DNA of 63,702 nt, filler included, from Choristocarpus tenellus KU-1152 (GCA_964200185.2; 9 parts of 9 records of this genome joined end to end with filler, not necessarily neighbours in it); one strand, 5' to 3'. Positions 38,401 to 52,300 are shown, numbered from the whole stretch's first letter. Notes: generated by a model from the letters alone, not told the origin. Translations and numbers: made by a program.

Positions 38401-38447
38401 AACCGGAAGGCGAGGTCTCCAAGAGACACCATAATGTTTGTACGCAC
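32452..38447 (-). CDS. NCAPD2: Condensin complex subunit 1 (CAP-D2/Cnd1), 3' part; 5' end lost at contig edge
   Basis: In-phase exons: 38447-38280 (VRTNIMVSLGDLAFRFPNEVEPW...VLTHLILNDMVK); 37764-37669 (VKGQVSELAACIVD...AKHFFSEYSK); 37447-37351 (NLIYNVLPDIVGRLS); 36927-36791; 36354-36184; 34858-34535; 33369-32452 (acidic/basic tail). The first three carry the classic Cnd1 domain motifs. Confidence 0.93.
34688..34816 (-). repeat. Coding 24-bp minisatellite (5+ units, 48-bp higher-order period)
   Basis: CCTCTTGTCTGAAATACTCTTGGC and CCTCTTTCCTGAAACGCTCTTGGC alternate; encodes KRAKS[IV]S[GD]. Confidence 0.9.
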
Positions 38448-38530
38448 CTTGATAACAACAACCAATCAAGAGCAAGACATTCAACCACACCATAGAACAG
38501 AAAAAAACAAAACCGAATAGGTGAGGGGGG

Positions 38531-38630
38531 NNNNNNNNNNNNNNNNNNNNNNNNNNNNNNNNNNNNNNNNNNNNTTAATTAATTAANNNNNNNNNNNNNN
38601 NNNNNNNNNNNNNNNNNNNNNNNNNNNNNN
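38531..38630. other. Artificial contig linker
   Basis: N44-TTAATTAATTAA-N44. Confidence 0.97.
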
Positions 38631-38815
38631 TCCTTTACCCTAAAAGACAAAACCCCCCCCACCCCCCCCCCCCAGTCAATAACGCCTTGAACAAGGAATC
38701 CCCCCCCCCCCCCCCCTCCCCACCCTCTTCACCTCCTCTTTACGTGTACTGATGGTTCGCCCCTCCTGTCCCCCTCCAGCAGCAGTAGTCAATGCATTAA
38801 TTCCATCAACCTTAC

Positions 38816-41582
38816 CCTTCCATCCTTGGTCATCACAACCACCTTTTGCCTCCAGAGACGATCCCTTTGCATCATCACCATCATCACCTACTGCAGCAGA
38901 GGCTGTCAGCAGAGTATCTTCTGCTGATTGCAACTCTGCAGATATTTTTTCAGAGGCAGCCCTACACCTCCGGTGGTGCTTGCTGAGGTGTTTCAACACC
39001 ACGCAGGCGAGCTGTAGCATCATCTGCCCTCCGTGCAATAAAAAAAACAAGATAAGAAGTACGGACACACACATAAAACATAAAAAATATTACACACACA
39101 ATAATGATGCATACACACACACATACTCACAACATACAGCGGTAAGGACATAAAGTCATACTTCTGTTATCTGTCATCCATACTCTTGCCAGCCCACCCA
39201 TACATACAACCTCCAAATTTCCCCAAACTCCCATCAGCCGTTTACCCTATAACCCTAACCTTAACCCTAAGTTCACATATATCAATAGCATTAATGATCA
39301 AGTTTATAGAAAAACATGGACAATTAAAAGAACTGTTCTGTGAATGAAAAACTCCTCTCCACAAGAAACCCCCCCAGAGCCCTACACAACGGTTTAAGAG
39401 TTATGGTTTCGAAAAAAAAAGGTCCCTGATTGGTCTATCAACATGCCGTAACCCCAACCCTAAGAAACCTACAACTGACAGTTACATACGCACACCATGG
39501 AGACAATAAAAAACCAACCCAAACTCTAACCCTAACCCAACCATCCAGATGGTACTCTAGTACAATGACAATGCTGTTAAAATTTCCTACACAAACCTTT
39601 CTCACGATACAAAAAAAGCCCCCCAAGGTTATGGAGACAATTTCAACACATCTCAAACCTGACAGTTACATAAACCAGCAGATGCATAGACACACATACC
39701 TAGACATAATATGTAGATATAGATACAATTCATCGTAGTAAAAAAAAGAGATTAAAAAATGTTAAGATGTGCAGTGGTAACAAATCGTAATGGCATCATT
39801 AATTCACTAAAAGGAAATATAAAAAACCCTAGCTCTAACCCTAACCCTAAGCCCCCCCCCCAAAAAAAACAAAAAAAAAATCATCAGACTACCAGGAAAG
39901 GGATATCATACCAAGGCAAGTTGAACACAGGAAAAATGTACAAACCACACAGCCAGAAATCGAATCAGTGAAAGGACAACTACTTAGGGACCTGAAAAAT
40001 AAAAAGAAAGTACGTCACCTGGAGGACCCGACCTTGCCCCCTGTTTCCACCCGGCAGCTTGGTTAGGGTTAGGGTTGACGACCTGACCTGGGTGTACTGT
40101 TGCTGGAGTAGGTGATTCTCAACAGTTTCATGTAATTCAGACTCATTATTGAGCTCGGTTGATAATCCCTGCACGAAACGATTATTTTTTTGTAAGAGGG
40201 GTAGAGGGGTGGGGGGTGGGGGGGAACAGAGAGAGACCTCAANNNNNNNNNNATTATGTCATTTCTTGTTTGTATACTTCACATTATGATTTTTTTTATG
40301 CAAAAGGGGACGAGGGTTGAGGGATAGAGGGGAACAGAGAGAGACCTCAACATACCATACAAATCATTAAAGAAACAAAAACAAATCCCATCCACTTTAA
40401 CCCTAACCCTATCGAGATGTGTATAATGCATATTGCGCAAAACCAAAATGTTTGTATAGTGTGTAGTGCGGAATGGTCCTGGAACAGTCTTTTACTTAGG
40501 GTTAGGGGCTATTGCCAAGTGGTAGAGGTGAACACACTGTACACCCGCACGATTGTATCTCTAACCCTAACCCTAACCCCACTAGTATTACTACTAATGA
40601 ACAAGTGACATTGACATACTGTAAAAAATAAAATAAATCATAGCAAGAATAGACTTGAGTGCCCTTCAGGATTGGATTGGATTTGATTTACCCCAAGATA
40701 AGTGACAAAAATAAATAAATATATATATATATATATAAAATATATCTATAATCTTTGTTTCAGGATGTTGGCATGTGTGACACATCAAAATACCCTAAAC
40801 CTCCACAGCTTGAAAGTCATGACAGCAGTGTTGCTTAACAACACAAGTGCTACGCGAACCAACCACAGTAGTATCCAACCCTAACCCTAACCCTAACCAT
40901 AAAACACTTCACAACACAGACCAACTCACTCAAAAATAATGCAATAATACAAATAACCCTAACCCTAACCCTCATTGAAAACAAAACAAACCACACAGAG
41001 TATTCCAATGGTCATACCATTCACACCAACATTCTAATACACTACAAAATCCTTACCCTAAACCTAACTCTTTAAACCAATAAAAAGGAACACATCCTGC
41101 AACAGATGCAGGGTGTATATTCAACAAAATAAAAAAATAAATATATAAAAACAATACAAGAAAAAATAAATAAATATTCCACCCCCCCCCCCGCCCCCCC
41201 TCTCTCTTTCACATTCAACACCGATCATACTTAACCCTAACCCTAACCCTAACTCCCACACATCACACTATAGGACATTGGCACGGCATTGTGAACTTCA
41301 TAAGGGATATAGTCACAATCCTCAAACCCTAGCCCTAACCCTAACCCATCCACCGGCATGTCCTACTGCACACAAGCCGATATTAAATAAAACAATGATT
41401 AGTATGGCATCCTTACCCTAACCCTACCCTAAGTCAACCTTACCCTAACCCTAACCCTTACCCTTGCTATATCCAGCGCACACTGCTGATTGAGTATAGC
41501 CAGGCGTATCAGCATGTTGGTGATGTTATCACTAGTTGCCTTGGTATGATGAGACAGATCTGACAGCGATAACATCTCATGA
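38816..41582 (-). CDS. Internal exons of an unidentified helical/coiled-coil protein
   Basis: AG/GT-bounded, phase-compatible exons 41582-41462 (HEMLSLSDLSHHTKATSDNITNMLIRLAILNQQCALDIAR), 40168-40088 (GLSTELNNESELHETVENHLLQQQYTQ) and 39023-38816 (MMLQLACVVLKHLSKHHRRCRAASEKISAELQSAEDTLL...). Confidence 0.6.
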
Positions 41583-41795
41583 CTTGCACAATCAAGAGGC
41601 AACGACAGTCAATCAAAATGGACAACGAAACATTGGACACATAGTAATGATAGTGTTAGTGTTAGTGTTAGGGTTAGCACCACAGGTACATGTTTAACAC
41701 AAAGGCTATCTACAGCATCACCAAACAAGGTTGTTGAAGCCAGCACGTCACAAACAAAACAAAAACACACACACTCGGGTTAGGGTTAGGGTAAG
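39244..41795. repeat. Cluster of short interstitial telomere-type (CCCTAA/TTAGGG)n tracts
   Basis: More than a dozen 2-4-unit tracts, e.g. at 39251, 39835, 40061, 40398, 40497, 40561, 40878, 40955, 41232, 41333, 41415-41460 and 41778. Confidence 0.9.
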
Positions 41796-41848
41796 GATGC
41801 CATACTAATCATTGTTTTATTTAATATCGGCTTGTGTGCAGTAGGACA
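41359..41848. repeat. Perfect 68-bp inverted repeat (arms 41359-41426 and 41781-41848)
   Basis: TGTCCTACTGCACACAAGCCGATATTAAATAAAACAATGATTAGTATGGCATCCTTACCCTAACCCTA and its exact reverse complement. Confidence 0.92.
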
Positions 41849-41859
41849 GAAGTGTTAGG

Positions 41860-41972
41860 ACTACTACTACCACTACTGCTGCTACTACTACTACCACTAC
41901 TACTACTACTACTACTATAAATACTACTACTACTACTACCACTACCACTACTACTGCTACTACTACCACTAC
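41860..41972. repeat. (CTA)n/(CCA) trinucleotide microsatellite
   Basis: Visible ACT/ACC tract. Confidence 0.9.
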
Positions 41973-42227
41973 CAAAAACACCAATAGTATCGGAGTTTAA
42001 AAATATATACTTTAATTCTTCTGTTATTATTACTGTTCCGAAAAATATACCTACTAAAAAAAAAAAATCTATTCATTCACAACGCCTCCGCAGGTGCGCA
42101 CAGCCCATACCCACACAGTAGTGGTCCCCTTGAGGGCATCCGTGGTAGGGATAGTTTTTTTTTAACCATGCAGTCAGCGTTTGTCTACAGTGATGCAGCA
42201 AAGACCACAATCCTCTTCAAACTTCAG

Positions 42228-42259
<32 letters not shown>

Positions 42260-42359
42260 NNNNNNNNNNNNNNNNNNNNNNNNNNNNNNNNNNNNNNNNN
42301 NNNTTAATTAATTAANNNNNNNNNNNNNNNNNNNNNNNNNNNNNNNNNNNNNNNNNNNN
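42260..42359. other. Artificial contig linker
   Basis: N44-TTAATTAATTAA-N44. Confidence 0.97.
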
Positions 42360-42374
42360 CCCACCCTTCAGCCC

Positions 42375-42540
42375 CAATCAACCCCACACCAATTATCACT
42401 CCCCTCAACCCCACCCCAGTAATCACTCCACTCAATCCCACACCAGCTACCACTCCACTCCACCCCATATCAGTTATTACTCCACTCCACCCCACACCAG
42501 TTACCACTCATTCAACCCCATACCACTTACCACTCCCCCA
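42375..42540. repeat. ~27-bp degenerate minisatellite
   Basis: About six units resembling CTCAACCCCACACCAGTTACCACTCCA. Confidence 0.8.
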
Positions 42541-44399
42541 CACCACTCAACACCACTCCACAATCATCTAAGAACACCCTTCATCATCCACTTCATACCG
42601 TGCATCTTCTTTCCCTTCCTCTTCCTACCTGCCCTGGATTCACATAGCAGTGCATCTTTTCATTTAATTCAACCCTGCATCCATGATGGAGATACAGGTT
42701 GATTCTCACCTGAAAAGGAACAAAATTACATCACCTGCACCCCCCCTCCTCCCCCCAACACACTCTTCCTAGTTAGTGTAGATTTAGCCGAGAACATACT
42801 CTACGGTTGAGAAAGACGTGAGCGTGTGCAGTCAGAACAGCAATGGCTTACCTCCAGTGCACCTCTATATTTGAAAATGAGAACCTCACAATGTGCTGTG
42901 CGTTTAATGTAATCACCCCCACTGCCTACACATCAGAGAAGATCTTTACACAAGGCTTGCTCTTTCCCGTGCCTGCACCTTATGGTGGACATCCTTATCC
43001 TAATCGCTCAATGCAACTATGTGGACTGTTATTGTGCACGAAGCAGTGGAGCACCCACAATCAACCCATTCACTTCTGGCCTCCACCATCATGAATCTGG
43101 AGAAAATGCAAGTTAAAACATACAGACGACGAATTGCAGACCCTATTTCCTTCACTAAAACTGGTGTCAACTTGCCCTCCTATACTGTGATGTCCAAAGA
43201 GTATCTTATAGTAGTAATTGATTTTGATGAAGATTACGTGTTTGTAAGTGAGATGTGATGTGGGCTTTTCTTTCTGATCGATACTTCAAAATGATGCAAA
43301 TAGTCTCCTTCTACAGCTCTACTGATAGCGTCTCCATTGGAGCTTCTCCCCCAGCTGATTCCAGAATGACTCGCTCTTTCTTCAAACATATCACTTCGAA
43401 TGAAGTGTTGAATGAAATATACAAAAAAAGTTAATTGTTCTCGATAACTATATTGTAAATCTTTGGAAGGGCAAACCTCAACCTCCTTCGTCGCCCTAAG
43501 TGTGTCTACCTCTTCACTCATGAAGTAGTCAAAGCTAGATGGACTGAGCACCAAGCAAACAACCCAGTTGCTGTGCCATAGTGATTTGTCCAGCCAACTC
43601 TACTGTCGTGATCAGAGGTGTATCCAAACCTCATCTATCTTCCCTTGTGCGTTGCTATTTGACTCTATCTTCAATTCCACTTTTTCTTCTACTTTTTTCA
43701 ACCCTCCTCACCCCTCACAATAATTGCAGTAAAGATCTAATCTATCCAAATATCCCATCACTCACGCTTATATTTCCAGGCTGCAAGGCTACCCCCTTCC
43801 CCCATCTCTTTTATGCCAGCCCCACAATGGGAATCAGAACACCCATCTCAAGAACCGTCGAGTCCTAAAATCCTCATTCACTATACTTAATAACACAAGC
43901 AGGCATTCAACACAATATCAGCACAACAGTACAATTAGTCTAGGATACAGGGCAGCAATGAGACTATGGTGGCATGCATGAAGCGCCTGCCTCCCAGGTA
44001 AGCTCCTACACACAGTCCAAGAGGTTGACCTGTTGGGAATGGACAATAAGGACTCCCAAAACATTCTGCTGCTCGCAGCATACCTACCCACCCAATCATG
44101 CCCAGGGTCTATAATAGCCCGTATAACTGCACAACCACCAACCTTACTAAAGGCTTCTTTCCTATGCTACGGATGTGCACCATGTAATCACAGGATCTAA
44201 CCCCTCGTGCCCTAGTACTCCACAAAAGAGCAGGGGATGATTGGCAGCAGTATAGTATTCTCCAACCCTCCTGCACAAAACAATATCCAGACACATGTCT
44301 GCCATCATCAAGGACATTGCCTGTGTCAAGTGACTAGTCAGACCAGCATTGCCTCCCTTGCTGTTTCCTTGTCCTTGTTTTTCTTCTACTCTTCCCTCC

Positions 44400-45915
44400 T
44401 CAATCCTCTACGCTCTTGGGAAGTAATATATCTGCCATTTGTTGGAGGCGTGCCTGGTTCTCTGGATCCTGTTTGGAGAGGCAGAAGAGAGGAGAGAGGG
44501 AGAGAGGTTGAAAAAAAAAAATCCCCACAATGAAACACGGGCAATTGTTAGCGTGCAAAGAGATAGATGGTTGCACTTAATGCACCCTTTGGAATTACCA
44601 TCCTCATCATGTTTGCATCTGTGTTGGACAGTAGAGGAACGGCACTAGGGATAGAACCCTTAACTCTCAGATTGCCCTGAAATGTTTTATGGATGCACAC
44701 ATAAACATTCACCAACACTTGGTTCATTCACACAAATCCTCCCCTCCACTCGCTGGTCAACTAGTCAATAAAGACCACATGGAAGTTACACTGCTGTCAC
44801 CTATCCCCCCTGAGAAGACGACTTCCAAATACCTGACCAATAACACAAAGGCACAAGTCCATTTCAATGAACCACATACATGGCTCCTGCACCAGGAGCA
44901 GAAGAAAATAACACATTCACACAGAAAGACAGCTAGGTTACACAGTTTTTTTTAACAACACAACACAAAACAGTATGGGAAGAAACACAAGTGCATAAGC
45001 AAGATGATCGCACGAAACAGTGAGCTCAGTTTACACAAATACACAACTGATATTGATAGATGCGTCAAACTGTTCAAGGCAGTGACTCCATCCCATCCCC
45101 GGTTCCATCTTACTGTCAATTGCCACCAACCAGGACCTGTTCGTGCTTCCCGGTTGCCACCTTGTACTCCTAATGCATGTTACTTGTAAATACTGACTGC
45201 TATCGATTGTATCATAGAGTCTAGCCCCCCTTCCATGGGCAGGCAAAAAATATATATATCAAAGTGATGAATAGTCCAGAAGAAAAGTATGTTTTGAGTT
45301 CCTTGATCATAGAAATTCATTGAGACACAGGACATGAAAAGCACAGGCTAAGCCCTCAACCACATAGGAACACGTTACGGGAACAAGCTTTAATCTCAAT
45401 CTTGAAGATGCAGACCACCACATTACAGATCCTCAAAATACAGGGAAATTGTTGTACACTCTGTTCCCACAACAAGTAATGTGCCTCCTACGCCACACCC
45501 AGCAAGCCCTTAAACCAGCAAGTGCCAAATCAGACAGGAGGGTAAGTGCATGCAAAGATCTAGTCTCAACGAAAAAACCTGTGCAAGGCAAGCCATCTTG
45601 CCTTCACATGAGACCATTTCAACAGGGAAGAGTTTGAGGGGGCTGCAAGACAACTCCCAAAGCAAAAAGAAACAGTACCAGATGACAGGAGGGCAGGGGG
45701 GAGTGTGCATGGTTGGGAGGAAGGGGGGGCAGGAGTCTGACCTCAAAATATTCATCAGCAAGCTGCTTGAGCCAATTCAGCCGCTCTGTTCTAATCTCGT
45801 CTATGGGCATATCCTTCATCCTGGGGTTGAAGCGAAAGTACTGGTCTTTTGAAAGCATGTCCATGCAGATGTCGTTTGTCTTCTCTGTTTCTGTTGCACT
45901 TGCAATGACCTGAAT

Positions 45916-45950
<35 letters not shown>

Positions 45951-48717
45951 TTTCAAGAATGAGATACCTTTTGAATAGTTGTACACACATACAGTGACAA
46001 GCGTGACAAGGAATGACTCATCGGAAACTGAGTACATTAGTACATTCGAGGGGACTGAAATGGAGCAGTTCACGGTACAGTAACGGAGTGCCGGGGCATC
46101 AACAAAAAAAAAGAACATGGAGCGTAAGTAGGGGCATTTCGGACAAGCACAGAGTCAAGCTCAGTAACACCTCTCTACATACTGATTTCACTCTATGGTC
46201 TTACCATCTCTCAGGGAAGATGAAACTGAAATATAGTTACGGATGTATTTCATCACCCACAGTCCATACTCAGTTTGTTGTGTGTGCAAAGTGGGATGTG
46301 TCTGATATTATAGGAGGCCTCTCTACAGGAGGCATGGGGATCTCACTGTGAAAGGTGGGGTACAACACCTTTTGCTCCATACAATATAGCAATGTTGGTA
46401 CCTCTGACAAATCATCTAATCAATATTGCCCTCTGCAGTTTGTATATGAGATAACAATCTGCTCCTACCTCTCCCTCCACCCCCTAATAGCGGCAGTGTT
46501 GTTCTCCCTTGAAAACTGCAGTCACACTACTGCATTACCTATGTTTGCACAAAGTTCTCATTCCATTCCATTCAATTCTGTACCAAATACACCAAAGGGT
46601 CCAACACAGTAGTAGGGCCACCCCTTAGACCTCTCATACAACCTTCTAGAGCCTGACTGTGACTCACCTGGTTTATCATTCCATCCCAACCTAACACAGG
46701 CTCCTCAAACTCCCTTCTTTCTTCAAAAAAGCAGCCAGTGCCCAGGGAAACCATTGCCTCAATAGGGATCCCAGGAAACAGGTGCTTATTTCAGCGGAAT
46801 GGGTGGGAACAATGGCAGGCAGGGGCAAAGGGGGGGGAGATTGAAAAGGATGATACGAGGCAGGTTCGGTCAATGAAGAAAAAGATAGAGTTGCAGTTAG
46901 AGCATTCAACTGCAAGGGTAGATTAAGAGCAATCTCCTGTCACATCCGAGGCTTAACAATGTAACCCCAAACCATTTCAACAAAATTTTGATCTAGGGTC
47001 CAGCAACTCTGTGGTGGGAACCGAAACTGCAACGACAGTTACAAAGAGCCACAAATTTGAACAGTCATGGGCACTACAGCACATTTCCTTTTTTTTGTAC
47101 AATCAACAAAAAAAACTCTCCGAAATGTTCATCAACACTCAACCTCATATTTCTGTACTCACACATGACCTCAACCTCTGACCCCATCACTGCACTCCCC
47201 TTTTTCCACTCCCCCCCCCCCAAACACGCACAACCACCCACCCCACCATAACACCCTCCACCCTAATGTGGATGGTGAATCAATCTCCTTCCATTATACC
47301 TTGGCCTCATGGAACGCCAGGGCAGCAGGGTTGTTGGCGAGAAGTGCCCCATCAGAATAAAGCGCTCCGTTTATCATCACAGGGGCGAAGAAGGTAGGGG
47401 CTGCTGTAGTTGCCCGAATAGCCTCCCTAACCTTATGTCGAAAACTTCCCATGTACCTGGGTATCCACAACACACAAGCACATATATGTAAGTAACCCTA
47501 ACCCTAAGAAGAAACTGCCCTGCAAAACAAAATTAAAAATAAAACACGTTTGGGCTTGTTGTTTGGAAGAGCTGTCCTGCTCGAGGGAGGGGCTTCGATG
47601 ACAAAAGATGTACCTTTTTCGTTGTGAAAAAAAAACAAGTATACCCTGTTGCTATTGCACGGGTTAGACTCTGTGTATTTGTATTTGTATTTGTATTCAG
47701 TGTTGCTCTGTTGCGTAACCGTCAAATTTGTTCCTGTTTTTTGTATCTTACATGCAAAAAAGATAGTGAGGAGCGATTTCAAAATCATATCCACACACAC
47801 ACCGCGACTGCCCCNNNNNNNNNNGGTTTTAAAAACATATCCCCACACCCACCCCCCCTCCCCCCCCCCCCCCCCCCATAATCTTTGACACAATTGTGTT
47901 CTAGTATACCGAATACGAAAAACTTTGAAAGAGGTTGGCAAAGGTGTATGGCACTGGAGAAAGGACTTCATGGTACATCAACTGATTTGGAGGATTCGTC
48001 CATGGTGCCTAAACAATCAGATTGATCAAACAAACAAACAAATCAGATCGGTCCCCTGAGAAAATGACTGGTGAGAGGCATGCGCATCAACCTGCCCTCC
48101 CTGCCCCGCAGAATAAAATTAGAAGCAAAATACACTTACCTTCCGCACTAGTGATGTGCCCACAGGATCTACTCGACCAAACTATCCTCTGACCAAAAAG
48201 GTTCTGCGCGCGGGGGGGGGGGGTATACCTTAACATGACTGCACGGTAAAGACCAACACCAAGCCCAAAACACAATGCAGCGATGTATCTCTTTGTTTTA
48301 TAAAAAAACAAGGTACAAATCATGTTCAGGTACATCAAAGACGGGCGGTTCTTACAGCAGAATACCATTGAATCACCCATCTTGTGATGTGTCCCGCACT
48401 TTCTTACAATAAAAAAAAAACACTTGAGTGAAGAAAGAGAGGAGGGGAAATCCATCCTCATGACTCAACACGACATGTGGACAGTTCCATCAGCCTACAT
48501 TAAACTTGCTTGTGCCATGTCATCACTCTCACCTGCTCTCGAGGCCCGGGGGATAGTTGTAGTTCCTCCACAGCATAACCTTAGCTGGGTTGGAGCTGAT
48601 GACAGTGCTAGGGCAGGCAATGAGGGGTCGGAGAGGATCCTTTGCTGAGTCAATGAGGAGACTGTCCCCAAGAATATTCTCTAGAATGTTCATCCATGTA
48701 TTCTCGTCGTAGAAAGC
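44400..48717 (-). CDS. Patatin-like phospholipase (iPLA2-gamma/PNPLA8-like), 3' part
   Basis: In-phase exons: 48717-48533 (AFYDENTW...LWRNYNYPPG); 47456-47300 (EAIRATTAAPTFF...DGALLANNP); 46784-46668 (MVSLGTG); 45909-45742 (YFRFNP); 44468-44400 (DPENQARLQQMADILLPKSVED*). The GxSxG exon was not found on this contig. Confidence 0.9.
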
Positions 48718-49273
48718 CTAGGTAGGCATACAGTGGAGAGGGGGTTAAACTCAATATGTTGACATCACACAGAATAGTGACTGAAGACTACCAAGTCCAC
48801 GCCAAAGTAACCAAAGAAACAGAAAGGGGGGTGAGTGAGAGACAGGAGAATAGAGGGCGGGGCAGGGGGGGGGGGGGGTGGGGGGGGGCAAACGGCACTT
48901 ACCTCCCTTAAAAAAAAAAACCAAAAAAAGCAAACCACCTGTAAATCAAGGNNNNNNNNNNGGGGGGGAGGGAGGGGAAGGGAGAGGGGGGGGGGGGGGG
49001 GGGGGGGGGTTGTGGAGGAGCATACGCTACTTACTTCCCTATAGAAACACAACCAAATAATGCAACCATCTGATAATACATGGTGTTGTGTAAGTTCAAC
49101 TTATATTCCTACCTAGTTGGACCTCCCCCACCACATGAACACAACTGAAGGGCCATTGGTAGGTAAGATTCTGACCATGATATCAAACACTGTGATGAAG
49201 AAAAAAACTGAATCCCCTCTCTCCCTCCCCCCCCCCCCCCCCCCCCCCAACCCCACCCCCCCCTCGTCTTCCC

Positions 49274-49373
49274 NNNNNNNNNNNNNNNNNNNNNNNNNNN
49301 NNNNNNNNNNNNNNNNNTTAATTAATTAANNNNNNNNNNNNNNNNNNNNNNNNNNNNNNNNNNNNNNNNNNNN
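49274..49373. other. Artificial contig linker
   Basis: N44-TTAATTAATTAA-N44. Confidence 0.97.
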
Positions 49374-52300
49374 CCCCCCACCAGAACTGAGTCCATCGTC
49401 CGTCTGCGCAGGAGATGAAGCCCAGCACCCACAGGTGAACACAGTTTTCATGTCCAAAAATCAATGGGTGCACAGAAACACCATTTCAGTTCCACCACCC
49501 CTACTGCAAACAAAAATTATTATTTTGTGCTCACAGTTTGGGCAGTGTGCAACAACATCCAACTAACCACACACATTCCAGTGTACATGTTTTTGGTTTT
49601 TGGTTTTTTTCGCTTCTAAAGCGGAGAAGAGCATCATATATGTTTTTTGCCTGCACTTAGAGCCCCCCCCCCGCCCCCCTCCTAAATGTCTTTCCCCGGG
49701 TTGGTAGGAAAAATAGGTTCAGTGGATGGTTTGTGGCATTTTTTGTTCACATAAGAGCATATATTTGTGCTCTCTGCCTTTTTAGTAAGTTTGTTTGACT
49801 AGCAGGACTATCTATCCCCCCTCCCCCCTCCCCTCCCCCCCCCACAGCAACATCATTATCTTTTCTCCTTTGTCTGTTACTTTTTCCGACTTATTTTTCA
49901 ACTCTGGGATCTTTGTTTGCGTATGGTACTGCCAAGAGCTACAACTCTCAACAGCAGTTACACGTATGTTTCACAACAAAGACACAACACAGAGGGCGCT
50001 CAATCCTTCCTTGCACTGCTGTATTCTTGTACAAAAGAGGCACGAGCAATTAACTGCATTAACAGTACGTCGGTGAGACTCTTCTTAACTCTCTGACAAA
50101 ACACCACAGTAGCAGTGTCAAATAAAGAGTCTACACAGAAAATATACCAGATAAGTGCTACTTACCCAAAGGAAGTTTGGTGAGCGCACAAGAACAGCTT
50201 TGCAATCAAGCAGTCCCTTACTCCTCATAGCCATGTACACAAATTGAACAACACCATGCCCCACTACAATCAATTCCATGCCACCCCACAACACCACCCC
50301 CAAAACAGTCCATCTATGTAACCAAACAACCCATAAATACAACCGACAGTGTACTTAGTGCACAAAACGCATCATATATGAGAACTTCCCTGCCAGTGAC
50401 AAGGACCAGCACAAACAAATCACAATACCTACCCATGGCAGGCAAAAAAGATATCTCTACCAAAACCTGGCACTTACTTTGTGTTGTACAACCTACAACA
50501 AGAGCTGACAGTTTCTTTGTGGCCTCTCACCTTCTCCCCAGTGTGATGTGGAAACGGGATCGTCTCCAGGCCTACAAAGCGGCTTGAATCTTGCCGTTGC
50601 CACGCTTGCAACCCTCCTCCATCCTGTGATTCCCCACTTCCTCTCCCTATTCGGGTGTTTCCCCCCCCTATCAGAACAGTCACCATTAACCGCCATGATG
50701 ATCAAGGAGCAAGATATCCCACAGGCATTTTCCACCCGAGATTGTTTCAGCATCAGTCCACCATGCCAGTTGCATACACACGAGAGCACATGTGCAGTCC
50801 ATCAACAGATCGAAAAGGGAGGTGATAACAAGAAAACAGAAAGACACAGAGACAGCATCCCTCCCCTCCCCTCCCCGCTGTGAATTCCATTTCCCTCACT
50901 GACAACAGTAGTATATTTTCTTGAGGAACTTTGTAGGTTTCATGGTCATTGTAGGCACTTGGCTAGTATGTGAAAGGAAGTGTGGGTGAGGAATGGTTCC
51001 ACTAGGGGGTGTCTCTGTATCTATACAGCTGCAGCTACAGGGGGGGAAAGGGGAGCAGGAGAAACAGGCTGAGTTAGGAAACAAGAGATGGAACATTTGG
51101 AGCAGTGGTGCTTTTGAAGACGGCTCAGAGAACAAAAGTGTATGACTAGGAATCTGACACTATGCCTGGATTGCCTTTCATAACACGACTCTATCTTGGT
51201 TAAACTGCCCTAAAGTCATTTCACCTTTATCCTGTTTGCTTTGCACAGGCCAGGGTAGTCAGAGGATGGGGCAAACCCCATTCCAGTCCTTCACAACAAA
51301 AGCAACCCATGCCCACTCTAGCTCACTCCACTCCTTGTTTTGTTGATGTTTTCCACGGTTTCAGAAATCTTACAATTAATGGGACATGATCTAGATCCTT
51401 GATTTCCCCTCCCCCCCCTACCCTACCTAAAGTCCCCCATGCCACCCTTAACCTCCTGATAAAAACAGCATGGAAACTCTGCAACAGGGCAGGGCTATGA
51501 TAGGAGATCATTGCAAAGGCTCTTTGAGTTGCCATAAAAGTACCCATATACTACCCTTACACATCCCTATCCCAAACTCACGGCACCCATTCATTCTTCC
51601 ATACACTATTGGCAATCTTGAGTTTTCATATAGTGAAACTTAGTGCAAAATGAAACATTACTAAGGCGCATATTAAAAAATGAGCTGAACTGAGAGAACC
51701 TGACTGTTGTATTGAAACATGTCCTCGAACACCAAATTCATTTGGTTCTGTCAATAAAAACAAATGATGTACCTCGCACATCATTCAATTCCCCCTTTTA
51801 ATTAAACCAATGTGTGGTTTAATGCCCCCCCTGTCTTGTTTCACTCTCTTAGTGCCTCCTCATTGAAGAATCAAATATCCTCCCTCCCCCAACCCCTCTT
51901 TCCACGCAGTTCGCTCATTTTCAGTGGATACAGGTCCCAGGTACTTACCCCCATGCCTCGGTTGCCAATCTGTTTTCAGTTGATCTCTCTCATCATATGA
52001 ATCCCATCGCACATACACACTCGCCCTCCAACATCGCATCAAAACCCCCCCAATACATCCAAACGCCAGCAACCCCTGATGAAAGGTGGGCGGGCATGAC
52101 GAGGACAGGAGGAGGGCAGGTAAGAAGGCAGGTAATGAAAACACTTATTATGATGCGCGAATAGCTATGGTCTGTAAGTGAGACTGTTAGACTGCAGGGT
52201 CAATTGAAAGCGCCAACCCTGCCATTTTCCTCAGCTGAAGTTGACCCTATGAACCATCCATTTGCTCCTTGAATAGGTTTCTAACCCACTTAGGACTTGT

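Noticed and set aside
40220-40351. Direct repeat GGGGAACAGAGAGAGACCTCAA
   Set aside because: It flanks a 10-N scaffold gap and is likely an assembly overlap artefact.
38816-41582. Treating these exons as the upstream part of NCAPD2
   Set aside because: Separated by a linker, and no condensin motifs were recognised.
42900-43800. Possible decayed LINE reverse transcriptase on the minus strand
   Set aside because: Only a vague resemblance (FIRSDMFEE...SGI...GDYL), with no intact motif to support a call.
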